Assembly: GCF_006345805.1 (NCBI RefSeq)
Contig: NC_043003.1
Span: 85,250,001-85,314,000 of the forward strand
Origin: Octopus sinensis
Lineage: Eukaryota
Length of the DNA: 64,000 nt
Direction of reading: 5' to 3'
Part shown: piece by piece, positions 14,190 through 26,646 of the stretch
Numbering within the stretch: the first letter of the stretch is position 1
How the letters are laid out: each line of letters starts with the position of its first letter
Notes under the pieces: model-generated
Told to the model about the DNA's origin: nothing
What the model saw: only the letters and a program-made list of their open reading frames with translations
Database searches by the model: none
Position numbers and translations under genes: made by a program

Positions 14190-14530
14190 TTAGAAATAAC
14201 AGCCAAATCTTCAATTCACACCATACCGTCTCAAAAGACATTACATGGTTCTTGGATTCCTTTAGTATAGTTCACTCCGTTGAAAGCATTCGGACTGGGT
14301 CTCCGGTTTAAAGATAACTCTCTTCCTCTCTTCCCTAAAAGCTTCAAAAGTTGTCATAGATGTTGTTACCCTCCTTGAATAAACGATAAGAGAAAGAAAA
14401 ACACGGAAGGGCATTTTAACTAATACAATGGTTCTTAAACCGACAAATAGTGTTTTATTAGACACGGTAATCTTTATAGTCTCCCTTATGAGAAACCCGG
14501 AGCTAATGAGGTTCCTAATGCACAAAGTGA
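14190..14530 (-). mobile_element. LINE-like fragment related to 13300-13620
   Basis: Second diverged copy of the same segment. Confidence 0.4.
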
Positions 14531-15174
14531 TGGGATGATCAGGGCTAGAATGTTTTTGATACTAATTCTCCACAAAAAAAGGGTTTACATGGGATTAAAC
14601 AACCACATAGTTTTAGTTAGAGAGTATGCATCTATCCTGAGAATTAAAAAAAAAATTTTTTTATGAAACGTAGTTATGATGATATTAGAAACCTAAACGA
14701 AATTGGACAAAAGAATTCAACTGGGAATAGAAACCTCTACATTACCTTTTACTCTAATGATGATGGTTCATTTTCTAATTGGGAAGTTTTTCTCTATTTA
14801 AGATAAATGAGAAGCGATACGTTGATGTTTCCTCACCTCATGTAAACTGCTGGAAATTTGTAAATTAATTCCGTATGGTTCATTGCTGTGAAGTATGGAA
14901 AATCTAATATTACAAATTATTGGTTTGGTAATAATTAAATTCGACTATATCAGCGTGTGAAGCTGAACGAAATTCCTTGGTTCGTAAAAAAAAAAAAAAA
15001 AAAAGACGTGATATTTGTATCCGACCAGTTCCGAGACAAGTTGTTTTTTGTTTTTAATAAGGGCGATAAACTTAATACCAGACAGATTGTTACTGAGATC
15101 GATGTAATCGACTAAAACGCTTAAAGACGGTGTCCCCAACAGTAATTTTCCACTAGTAGAGCAATACTGATGAA

Positions 15175-15384
15175 TCCTTTAGCATTTAAACAGGTCATAG
15201 CCGGTAAAAATATTCTACTTGTTTTATATTCACACTGACCAGATCTGGTGTCTCACAATGTCATTCTAAAAATAAACAATCTCGTCATCGAAATCTTGAA
15301 GTTGTAAGATAATGCATGATTAATTCATTATAATATGAATAAATAGGTATTACATTTGGCAGAGTAATCTGAATGCTAAATAGT
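15175..15384. mobile_element. Degenerate piggyBac-type MITE
   Basis: Terminal inverted CCTTTAGCATT / AATGCTAAATAG, ~210 bp. Confidence 0.45.
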
Positions 15385-15835
15385 TTATGATCTCCCACTA
15401 GCATATTACATTCTGTTTAATTTATAATTTCTATCCAGCTGATAAATGCCGGCTTATGATTTCCTACCAATTATTAATCTCTTATATATTAGTATAAACT
15501 TGATCTATTTTTCTGGCATTAAAGTTCACTTGCTGACCTCTTCTAAAATATTTTTGTATCCTAATTCTTTTAGCTGAACATAAACCTTTGTTTGTATGTA
15601 TGCTGACCATTTCTAATTATATCTTTAAACTGAACCATGAACTGTTCCTTTACAAACGATTAAGTTTACATAAAGGTATACAGTATTGCCTTGTGTACAG
15701 AAAAGAGAATAGAGGAGCAGTGTTTATCACAGGAAACATATGGCACGACTCACCAGTCAAGGGTTTTACGAATCCATTTTAAGTATTGAGCCATGAGAAG
15801 AGTTATCTTTATTAAGTCGAAGTAAGGCAACGAGC

Positions 15836-16660
15836 AAGCAGAATCGTTAGCATGCTGAGTGAAATGCTTAGCGGCGAGCTGGCAGAAACGTTAGCACGCC
15901 GGGCGAAATGCTTAGCCGTATTTCGTCTGCGTTACGTTGTGAGTTCAAATTCCGCCGAGGTCGACTTTGCCTTTCATCCTTTCGGGGTCGATAAATTAAG
16001 TACCAGTTACGCACTGGGGTCGATGTAATCGACTTAATACCTATGTATGTCCTTGTTTGTCCCCTCTGTGTTTAGCCCTTTGTGGGTAATAAAGAAATAG
16101 GTATTTCGTCTGTCGCTACGTTCTGAGCTTAAATTCCGCCGAGGTCGACTTGGCCTTTCATCCTTTCGGGGTCGATAAATTAAGTACCAGTTACGCACTG
16201 GGGTCGATATAATCGACTTAATCCGTTTGTCTATCCTTGTTTGTCCTCTCTCTCTCTGTTTAGCCCCTTGTGGGTAGTAAAGAAATAGGAATATCGTCTG
16301 TCGCTACGTTCTGAGTTTAAATTCTGCCGAGGTCGATTTTGCCTTTCCTCTTTTCGGGGTCGATAAATTAAGTACCAATGAAACACTGGAATCGATGTAA
16401 CCAACTTGTCCCCACCTTAAAAATGGCTGCCCTTCTGACAAAATTTGAAAACATTATTAAGTCGAAGTTGTAAGGCGGGAAGCTGGCAGAACCGTTAGCA
16501 CGACCGCAAAATGCTTAGCAACATTTCGCCTCTCTTTACATTTTGAGTTCAAATTCCGGTGAGGGCGACTTTGCCCTTCATCCTTTCGAGGTCGACAAAA
16601 TAAGTACTAGTCGAGTACTAGGGTCTATGTAATCAACTAGCCCTCCTCACACACACACAC
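15836..16660 (+). mobile_element. Concatemer of tRNA-SINEs with a Meta/MESC-like central domain
   Basis: Head GGCGAGCTGGCAGAAACGTTAGCACGCCGGGCG, then GAGTTCAAATTCCGCCGAGGTCGACTTTGCCTTTCATCCTTTCGGGGTCGATAAATTAAGTACC repeated with 183-188-bp period. Domain name recalled from memory. Confidence 0.85.
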
Positions 16661-17550
16661 ACACACAAACTTCAGGGCTTGAGCTTGTAGTAGAAAGGAT
16701 TATAAATTGTAGTTGATTATTGGTGTGCTAGTCATTGAAGCACCCACAATACGAAGTTCGAGGAAGTATGCTGATGTGTGGATTACTACTTTGGAGGATT
16801 GGAACACACCAACATTGAGGTAAATAGGTCTTTTAGTTATATAAAGATGTTTAGCTCCCTGTAGTGAAGATCAGTTATATTTTTTTACTAATTTCAGTTT
16901 TTGGGGTGCGATCAATGTCGGTAACCACTTCAAAGATTTTAGTCGATCATATTTTACTATTACTACTACTTATTTTAGTCCAGCACTTATTTTAAAGGTG
17001 TCTGTTTGCCGAAAGGCTAAGTTACAAGTTTCATATACAGGATGAGTAAGCGTTGATTTACAACAATAAACATAAACACTGACACAATCACATCACACAC
17101 ACACACACACACACACAAACTTCAGGGCTTGAGCTTGTAGTAGAAAGGATTATAAATTGTAGTTGATTATTGGTGTGCTAGTCATTGAAGCACCCACAAT
17201 ACGAAGTTCGAGGAAGTATGCTGATGTGTGGATTACTACTTTGGAGGATTGGAACACACCAACATTGAGGTAAATAGGTCTTTTAGTTATATAAAGATGT
17301 TTAGCTCCCTGTAGTGAAGATCAGTTATATTTTTTTACTAATTTCAGTTTTTGGGGTGCGATCAATGTCGGTAACCACTTCAAAGATTTTAGTCGATCAT
17401 ATTTTACTATTACTACTACTTATTTTAGTCCAGCACTTATTTTAAAGGTGTCTGTTTGCCGAAAGGCTAAGTTACAAGTTTCATATACAGGATGAGTAAG
17501 CGTTGATTTACAACAATAAACATAAACACTGACACAATCACATCACACAC
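16650..17550. repeat. Exact 450-bp tandem duplication bounded by (CA)n
   Basis: TTCAGGGCTT at 16671 and 17121; CATAAACACT at 17071 and 17521; no differences found by eye. Confidence 0.95.
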
Positions 17551-17907
17551 ATACACACACACACACACACACACATACACACAATATGTGCGTGCTTGTG
17601 TGTGTGTGTGTGTGTGCGCGCGCGCGTGTGAGTGTGTGCGTGCATAAGTTATTATAGCCAGTATTTGAATAAGAACTCTCAATAGTTTCATACCATGGAA
17701 ACATGATAATTCAGCGTATTTATATAACGTGCCTTGTGTCTACAAACAATATTTCAGGATCAGTGCACATGGTTAATCTTTAATCCTATTTGAAAACACG
17801 AAAAACAAAATATAAGATTGATGTAAAAAGAGAAACGAGAAATCAAAGGGTGAAAAAAAGCGAAAAGACCAAGAATTGTATCCCCAATTTGGTAGCAACC
17901 AAATGTA

Positions 17908-17970
17908 GGACTCCAACCCATATCCATTAAAGACCCCGAACTGAGTGCTTTACCATTAAGCTAAACCGCC
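17908..17970 (-). other. tRNA-derived (Pol III A/B box) sequence, not an intact tRNA
   Basis: Minus strand GGCGGTTTAGCTTAATGGTAAAGCA...GGTTGGAGTCC; no proper anticodon or acceptor stems. Confidence 0.65.
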
Positions 17971-18089
17971 CGTTGACAAATTCAGTCTCCGAATTGGACA
18001 CTAAATAGTTTAGCTTTATAGAACAACCATGTGCGTATAAATGTAAGCAAACAGATATTAGGGGGTGGTATGAGAAGCGTCGAAATGTG

Positions 18090-18168
18090 GGTACTAGTAT
18101 CGTAGAGTGGTCCCGGTTTGCGCAGACGCGCGTCTGCGCAACCTGGACCACTCTACGATACTAGTACC
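18090..18168. mobile_element. 79-bp palindromic micro-MITE with 9-bp TSD
   Basis: GGTACTAGTATCGTAGAGTGGTCC..GACGC|GCGTC..GGACCACTCTACGATACTAGTACC, flanked by CGAAATGTG (18081-18089 and 18169-18177). Empty-site paralogues at ~18405-18420 (minus) and ~18828-18842. Confidence 0.85.
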
Positions 18169-18243
18169 CGAAATGTGTATTGTACGATACAAATAAGAAG
18201 ATTTTTTTTCGATCACAGAGTTACCGTTACCATAACAGAACAC

Positions 18244-18312
18244 AGCAGTTTAGCTTATTGGTAAAGCACTCAGCCGGAGTCATTCAAGGATATAGGTTCG
18301 AGTCCCGTGGCT
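18244..18312 (+). other. tRNA-derived (Pol III A/B box) sequence, not an intact tRNA
   Basis: AGCAGTTTAGCTTATTGGTAAAGCA...GGTTCGAGTCCC; homologous to 17908-17970. Confidence 0.65.
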
Positions 18313-18356
18313 GGTTGTTGACAAATTTTTCCGCCTTTTAAGGGTAATTTACCCAG

Positions 18357-18504
18357 TATTTCTATTGTTCTAACGGCAACTCTGTGTTCGAAAAATATCG
18401 TACAATACACATTTCGGCGCTTCTAATAAAAAAATATATATTAGTTTGCTTACATTTATACACATACTGTTGATATATATATTCTTTTATTCTTTCACTC
18501 ATTT

Positions 18505-18555
<51 letters not shown>

Positions 18556-18892
18556 ATATGTATGTATTTGTGTGTCTGTGTTTGTCGCCCACCATCGCTT
18601 GACAACCGATGTCGGTATGTATACATCCCCGAGACTTAGATATTCAGCAAGGAGACCGATAGAATAAGTACTAAGCTTATAAATAATAAGTCCTGGGATC
18701 TATTTGTTCGAATAAAGGCGGTGCTCCAGCATGGTAGGAGTCAAAATGAGTGAAAGAATAAAAGAATATATATATCAACAGTATGTGTATAAATGTAAGC
18801 AAACTAATATATATTTTTTTATTAGAAGCGCCGCGAATGTGTATTGTACGATATTTTTCGAACACAGAGTTGCCGTTAGAACAATAGAAATA
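18357..18892. repeat. ~150-bp inverted duplication flanking a SINE 3' half
   Basis: 18357-18507 is the reverse complement of 18741-18892 with only a few differences. Confidence 0.9.
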
Positions 18893-18898
18893 TATATA

Positions 18899-18948
<50 letters not shown>

Positions 18949-18974
18949 TACCAGCATGGCATCACAAAGCAAAC

Positions 18975-19650
18975 AAAAACAAAAATTGCTATGTACCGAG
19001 CATGTGTATTGACGTCGCCCCTTTACTCATGTGAGACATGGACCCATTACAAACGTCATGTAAGGATCCTTGAACGCTTTCATCAGAGATGTCTCAGACA
19101 TATTCTGAATGTTCGCTGGAACTTAAAAACTCCAGACACACAGGTGCTGAGGACAGCTGATATCTTGAGTATTGAGGCGATGGTGCACAAGCACCTATTA
19201 CGTTGGACTGGACACCTTATAAGAATGAAGGATAGCAGGATCCCTAAGCAGATGCTATACGGGGAACTTTTGAATGGAAAGAGACCCCAGCGGAAACCAA
19301 GGCTGCGATTTAAGGACTGTGTCAAGTCCTCATTAAAGGCCTGTGATATGCAGGAGACTAACTGAGAGAGCAATGCCTGTCATCGCCACAGATGGAGAAA
19401 GCAGGTTAAGGAGGGGGTCGGCACTTTTGAGAGAGCACGTAATCTGTATGAAGAACTTAAGCGTGCTGTTCGAAAGCGCGCTGCTGGTGTAGTGAATGGG
19501 GTAAGGTTGGTTAGCAATGTTTGCAGTCGTGTATGTTTCTCAAGAGCAGGGCTCATTAGCCACCAAACGCAAAATATAAGTTAGTCCTAAGGCGCACAAT
19601 GTTCCTGAAGATCAGTAATGATCTTCCTCGATCATGAGTGAACGGCCATC

Positions 19651-19651
<1 letters not shown>
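18975..19651 (+). mobile_element. RTE-clade LINE 3' end
   Basis: YRACVLTSPLYSCETW..ERFHQRCLRHIL..LRWTGHLIRM..RIPKQMLYGEL..RLRFKD, C-terminal CxxC..H knuckle and short 3' tail. Confidence 0.92.
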
Positions 19652-19709
<58 letters not shown>

Positions 19710-20243
19710 TGTGTGTGTGTGTGTGTGTATGGTGTGTTTGTGTACGGTGAGATTCAACACCGTCTCTCCGTTAACCAAATTCCACTCATTGGTCAACCCA
19801 ACAACACAATGCACTACAATGACCCATGAAGTAGGATCAAATCAAAAACCATGCAACTGCTGAGAAATCTCGTTAACCTCACTCTCATGCAAATATCTGT
19901 TTCTAAATATAGAATGTCACTACAATTAAGGGAACCAATCCAGCGCGATTTTCAGCCATTGACACCGCGCAGTGCAGGTAAGCCGATACGAATTACTCAC
20001 ACCTCAGGTGGTAGAATAATTATATACAAGGTCAGTGGCTCTGTCTGTAGCTCTCATACTCAGCTGTTAAAACACTGTAGAGAAAACCAACTTACTGAAA
20101 TTACATGCAGGACAACTGCAATAAAAATATTTATGAGTTTGAGAAAAAAACTTTTAAAAATATTTTGTGACACTTTTTATTGCTGCAGAAATGCAAACTT
20201 ACTGAATCAGGAAAAAGGAAATGTAATTAAATAAAAGTATCTG

Positions 20244-20297
<54 letters not shown>

Positions 20298-21120
20298 CAC
20301 ACACACACATACACCACCACCACCACCACCACCACCACTACCACCACCACCACCATTACCACTACCACACGCAACACCACACACACACACAAATATACAA
20401 ATATGATGGTGGTGGTAAGCGTTCTTCCATTCCGGCTAAGAAACTATGCTTTCATTGGTTTTTAGAAAATGTTGATCGGACAGGATTTGACTTGAACTGA
20501 GAATGCACAAAGCTGAAACATATACCATAAGACATCCTAGCCGACGTGCTAACACTCCCAACAATTTACCACTGCCACAGACGGTACAGTTTTTTGTCGA
20601 CTCAGAAAGGATGAAAGACAAACATGACCTTGGCAAGGTTAGAATTCAAACTCAGAACGCTTAGTCTTCCGACTCTAAGTGTTCCGAGTTCATGTCCTGC
20701 AGAGGTCAACTTTGGCTTTCATTCTTTTTGAGCTGACAACGTACATGTACGATGGTGATGAGTTGAGGGAATTATTAAAGCTTCGGACGGGATATTTTGT
20801 GGAATATGATCCGGCTCTATGTATCCTAAGTTCAAATCTTATTTCTTATCTCTGAGAGAAAAAAAATGGCAACACTTCAGTCAGGAGTTGTTTCGCTAGA
20901 TGAGAGGAAAACTCCGAAAGTAAATACACTTTCAACAGGCTGACAACTCTTGAGATCAACTACCAAATAAAATTTAGACATGAAATGATCAGCAACCAGG
21001 ATAAATGGAGAGTGCTTTCGTGTATGATTGCTCAGTCTACAAATTTGTGGAGAATCGCTTAAAAGAACTTTATTTTATTAGCCGACAACAGACCTTCACT
21101 ATTACTCCCAACATACAAGA

Positions 21121-21245
21121 CGGCGAGCTGGCAGAATCATTAGCACACCGGGCAAAATTCTTAGCGGATTTCAGCCGTCTTTACCTTCTTAGTTCAAATT
21201 CTGCCGATGTCTACTTTATCTTTCATTCCTTAGTTGTTTCTTAAC
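21121..21245 (+). mobile_element. Meta-like SINE head fragment
   Basis: GGCGAGCTGGCAGAATCATTAGCAC..AGTTCAAATTCTGCC. Confidence 0.7.
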
Positions 21246-21479
21246 TCAAACTCAAGCAATACCCTCCACCCACCTTGAATATCATGGGCTGAAATAATAG
21301 TCAACCTCACTCAAATCACCCCATATCATCTGAAATTAAAGGAAGGACACAATGGAATATAGTCAAAGATTCATAGATACACCTAGAATAGTGGAATTCT
21401 CAAATTTGGAATGTCTTTGATCAGGTATCTGCTCAAATGGGCCTTACCATGGGACTAAAAATAGCAATAAAAATACTAT

Positions 21480-21710
21480 TACCGCCATCACCACTATCGC
21501 CACAATAATCACCATCATTATCACAACCATCACCACTATCACTACCTCACCACAACCATCACCATCCCCTTCACTATCATCACTACTATTACAACTATCA
21601 ATACTATCACAGCCACCATAATTACCACCACCGTCATTGCTCTTACCACCACCACCACCGTTACTACCATCACCACTAACACACCATCAGTACTACCATT
21701 AGCGCCTCTC
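21480..21710. repeat. Degenerate (ACC/ATC) triplet low-complexity tract
   Basis: Direct reading. Confidence 0.8.
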
Positions 21711-22274
21711 CAACTGGAACCGGACTCGTGAGTTAGAATTCTAGTATCAGGTAACTTATCTACTATTTCGAAAGCTCAGATGAAATGATAATATATGGAG
21801 GCCCCATCGCTCCCAAAGAAATAACACCTTGAGTAGTTGGAGCTTGCTTAATAAGCTGGTACTTTTCCATGCTAGTGATCTTCGCAAATAAGTGAGAAAT
21901 AACCGTCAAGTGAGAAATACCCATCTCCTTCTTCTGAGTTGTTTGATAATTTAACGAATGTAGGATTCAATGAGCATTTAGTATCAACCGATAAGAGATT
22001 ATGAGAATGAATTGCATTGGATTAAAATACACAAGGGAATCTCGCAAGCAGATGATACATCACTGATTTTCTAACACTCGATTTCCAACCCGATTAACTA
22101 TTTTCCTAGATAAACAAAAGGCACGTAATGATGATTCAGGGACTAGTTCCTAGAAGACTGCTGCACGTTATTATTAACTTTTATTTATTTATTCATTTAT
22201 TGCTAATAAGCCTTCACAACACACCTTTTGTTTACTCACTAGAAAATATGTTATAATACTAGTTTCAAATTTTG

Positions 22275-22815
22275 GTCCAAGGCCAGCAATTTCGGGGAAG
22301 TTACATCGACCCTGTGCTCAACTGGTACTTATTTTATCGTCCCCGAAGGACGACGGGCAAAGTCGACCACAGTAGAATGTGAAGACAGATGAAATGCCGC
22401 TAAGCATTTTTCCCGGCGTGCTAACGACTCTGCCAGGTCGCCACCAAAATATTTTATAATATTCTTTTCTACTCTAGGCACAAGACCCGAAATTGTCGAT
22501 TAGATCGACCCCAGCACGCAACAGGTACTTAATTTATCGACCTCGAAAGAATGAAAGGCAAAGTCGACCTCAGCGGAATTTGAATTCAAAACGTAAAGAC
22601 AGACGAAATACCTATTTCTTTATTACCCACAAGGGGCTAAACACAGAGAGGACAAACAAGGACAGACAAATGGGTTAAGCTGATTATATCGACCCCAATG
22701 CGCAACTGGTATTTAATTTATCGACTCCGAAAGGATGAAAGGCAAAGTCGACCTCGGCGGAATTTGAACTCAGAACGTAACGGCAGACGAAATACCGCTA
22801 AGCATTTTGCCCGGT
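22275..22815 (-). mobile_element. Meta-like SINE copies, including a dimer
   Basis: Reverse complement of the 15.9-kb unit, with the same tail/B-box junction. Confidence 0.85.
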
Positions 22816-22817
22816 GT

Positions 22818-23105
22818 GGAGGCGCAATGGCCCAGTGGTTAGGACAGCGGTCGGAGGATCGATTCCCAGACCAGGTGTTGTGTGTGTTTATAGAGCGAAA
22901 ACACCTAAAAGCTCCACGAGGCTCCGGCAGGGGATGGTGGCGACCCTTGTTGTACACTTTCGCCACAACTTTCTCTCACTTTTTCTTCCTGTTTCTTGAG
23001 TAACGCAGCGATGGACTGGCGTCCCGTCCAGCTGGGGGGAACACATACGCCACAGAAACCGGGAAACCGGGTCCATGAGCTTGGCTAGGCTTGAAAAGGG
23101 CAAAA
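22818..23105 (+). mobile_element. V-domain-like tRNA-SINE
   Basis: GGAGGCGCAATGGCCCAGTGGTTAGG head and GCGATGGACTGGCGTCCCGTCCAG; second copy at 40530-40790. Confidence 0.75.
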
Positions 23106-23656
23106 GAAAAAGAAAACAAATATTTAAAACATGATTTAAAGCCACCTACTAATCGCCTAGCCACTGGTTCCTCACCCCCATCTCCGTGGACCCTTTCTTG
23201 AAACCTAACTCTGAAGGATATTGTATTTTCGGCAATAAAGTCAAGTTATCTATTATCTTTCATTTCACAGATTGTCCTTAGAGGGTTAGCACGCGATATT
23301 GGATTTAATTATAAGCATTTTCATTTATATATTATCATAGAGGTGGCGATAGTTTTTCAGCCTTCATGATGGATTACAAGTAAATAAACAAACGTGAAGG
23401 CTTCATAGTGAAAAAAGTTATTAATTCATATATCCTGTGAGAATACTTAAATTTCCCGCGAGAGAAATTTAAGTATTCTAACATAATTATATCCAGATTA
23501 AAAGGAGTCCGAAATTATCACTTATCGGGAAATTGATTGTGTAAGCTTGTAGTTGTAATTTGAAGACTATAGTGTGAATTCAAAATGAATTATATATGTA
23601 TGTATATATACATACATATATACATATACATATACAAATATGTATTTACATATGTA

Positions 23657-24893
23657 TTGGGTTGGCAACTAAGTTCCCGCTGTTTTTTTAATTTAAATTT
23701 TTTAAAAGGTTTAATAAAAAAAATAACAACTAATTAATCAATAATGTATTCACCCTTATTGTTTACAACTTCTTCCCAACGTTCAACAAGATTTTCAATA
23801 CCACGTTGGTAGAAATCACCCGATTTTGACTCGAAAATTGATCCAACTAAGCTCGCAATTCTGCATCAGTATTGCACGAACCTCCGTGCATAGCATTTGA
23901 AAGAGATCGAAAGAGATGGAAATCCGTTGGTGCCAAATCAAGAGAGTACGGCGGGTGTGGCAGCACTTCCCAGCCATGCCTTTGAATGGCTTCCTTGGTC
24001 ATATTGCGATATGAGGGCGGCCGTTGTCGTGCAGCAGAAAAGCTCCATGCTGCCGATTAGGTCTTTTCTCTTGAATAGCCGTGTTGAGTCGTTCCATCTG
24101 TTGAACATAGAGTTCCGCGTTGACCATTTGGTTCCGTTCAAGCAATTCGTAGTGGATAATCCCTTCCCAGCCCCACCATCGTTTTACGCGGATGAAGATC
24201 TTCTTTCACGCGCGGTTTCGCTTGTTTACCGGAGCTAAGCCATTCCTTACGCTGCTTCATATTGATGTACAGGCACCATTTTTCGTCGCCAGTAACGATT
24301 CGGTAAAGAAATCATTGCTGTGTCCATGAGTTGAGCGGTGATGAGCAAGCAAACCAGCAGAAATTGTGGCTCGTTGATTTTTCTTGTTGTCACTTAAAGC
24401 ATGCAAAACCCATGCGCCATACTTCTGAAACTTGCCCCACGTATGAAGATGCTTCTCTATAACAGTGTGGGAGCATTCCATTTTCTCTGCCAGTTCCCTT
24501 GTCGTTTGACGAGAATTTTCGTGCAAAAGTTGGTTTAATCGCTCTTCATCGAAATCAACTGGACGGCCAGAATGAGATGCGTCTATGATGTCAAAATTTC
24601 CATTTTTGAACTTGGCATACCAATCACAAGCGGTTTTTTCAGCTATGGCACCCTCTCCATACACAGCACAAATGTCGTGAGCATCTTTTGCGGCCCTAGA
24701 ACCTTGATTAAAAGCAAAAAGAAGGAAGTGTCGAAAATGCTCGTTTTTCTTAGCTTGACATTCCATTTTAATAAACAAAAATTAGAGAAAAAAACAAAAG
24801 AGATTTCAAAATGATTCAAAAATGGAATTCTCGAAACAAAAAATAGATTCCAAAATTTAAAAAAAAACGGCGGGAATTTAGTTGCCAGCCTAA
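23657..24893 (-). mobile_element. Full-length but frameshifted mariner (DD34D)
   Basis: TIRs TTGGGTTGGCAACTAAGTTCCCGC / GCGGGAATTTAGTTGCCAGCCTAA with TA TSDs; N-terminal HTH ORF 24257-24778 containing WVLHAL (WVPHxL-like); 1237 bp. Confidence 0.95.
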
Positions 24894-25468
24894 TATAAAC
24901 ATACACACACATACATATATACATACATGCATACATACACACACACACACATACACACACACACACACACACACATACACATACACACATATATATATAT
25001 ATATGTGTATGCAGGGTGGTGGAAAGTAACTAGGCAACTAATGAAGGGAATATGCTTTACGTTCCCTGTCTCGCTTCTCATTTTGTTCCCGTTTTCTTGG
25101 CGTCCTGTACCCATATATGCACGTATATATACATATATATATGAAGCATACATGCATATATAAATGCACAGACTCACGCATACACACACGGATCCATATA
25201 TACACATCTGTTTTTCACTCACAAGCACACACACAAACACATACACAAATACACACACACACGCGCGCATATATATGTGTATTGGTGTGTGTGCGTGCGA
25301 GTCTTGTTTATATGACTTGCTCTTACTTGTTTATATGTTTGTGAATATGTTAGCGTCTTTCATTAATTTCTATTTTTATTGTTTCCCTGTCGTTAAAGAA
25401 TGTGTCAATCCCCGCCTTTAGATTGTGTGAGCGCCTGTGTGCCTGAGTGTGCATATATACATTTAATA

Positions 25469-25531
<63 letters not shown>

Positions 25532-25580
25532 CATACATACATACATACATACATACATACATACATACATACATACATAC

Positions 25581-26150
25581 TTTATGGCTGCCCCCTCGTT
25601 ATCGAGTATGGCCATTGCACGAAGCTTAACTGTTACTGGTGCTGTGATCGAATGTGACTTTTTAACCCAGCTAAAGATCTACAATGTCTTGTACAAAATT
25701 GGCAACTAAAACCTTTACTGGTAATAGCCGGCTGTAGTTGTAACTGGGCTTCATGTACCTTTGCATGTCGTTTAAGTCCTCCTGCCGAATTACACTCTCT
25801 TCCACATGCCCGACAGATATGATTAGTATAGTGTGTTACACCACCACCAGTGGCCAGGTTGTCACTCATCTGTCTCGTTTTATGACTACGAAGATGACTC
25901 ATGAGTCCAGCAGGATCTTGCACAGACATTGCATGTCAGAATCAAAGGAAGACCCTTCCCTTCTGGAAGTGTAACAGCGATGCCCTTCCTGACCTCCCAC
26001 TTTACTTTCTCATGTGCAACTCGAGATTTCTCAAAAGTGGCTGTCCCCTCATGCACAATCCTTCTCCACCAGCTACGATCAATAGCTATGCCTTCCCATG
26101 TGTCAGGAGAGATGCAAGCATCTCATACATACATAAGTTGCCTTAACGAA
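25581..26150 (-). mobile_element. RTE-type LINE 3' end with tandem C2H2-like zinc knuckles
   Basis: CRACGREC..GLKRH and CQFCTRHC..GLKSHIRSQH; 3' tail ATGGCCATACTCGATAACGAGG..GCAGCC running into (TATG)n. Confidence 0.8.
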
Positions 26151-26240
26151 TGAAACAGGAGTGCTAATACATGCAGAGGATATGATTTGTTTTTTATATC
26201 GAGACTAAAAGTCTCGCAGTTCGAGTTTCACAACACTGCA

Positions 26241-26276
26241 GCCTGATGAACGCAGTAACGTGAAACTCGATTCGCG
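26241..26276 (+). ncRNA. Degenerate type I hammerhead-like motif
   Basis: CTGATGA-ACG(cagtaa)CGT-GAAA-CTCGATT-C; stem III has one mismatch and stem I is only ~2 bp. Confidence 0.4.
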
Positions 26277-26319
26277 AAAGAAACTCTCAGCTTCGGCTTT
26301 AATTTTTTTTTTAAACTGT

Positions 26320-26351
<32 letters not shown>

Positions 26352-26615
26352 GCACACACTCACACGCACAAATATATATACACATACATGCATGCATACG
26401 TACATACATACATACATGCATGCATACATACATACATGTCTGCATATACCTCAGTTTATATGTTTATATGCACACGGATGTATATATGTGCATTTATGTA
26501 CACATATGAGACTGAATCTCCTGAAATACACATAATCACTAATTTATGTCCGCTTGCGTATTGCATTGTAAGTACGTATGTGCGCTGTCTACGTCTTTGT
26601 GTGTATATGCCTGAA

Positions 26616-26646
<31 letters not shown>

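Noticed and set aside
14635-14680. Hammerhead-like CTGAGA..GAAACGTA
   Set aside because: Core is one base short and there is no stem I.
18244-18312. Functional tRNA gene
   Set aside because: A and B boxes are present but no cloverleaf; treated as tRNA-derived.
19083-19373. 96-aa minus-strand ORF
   Set aside because: Antisense shadow of the RTE ORF.
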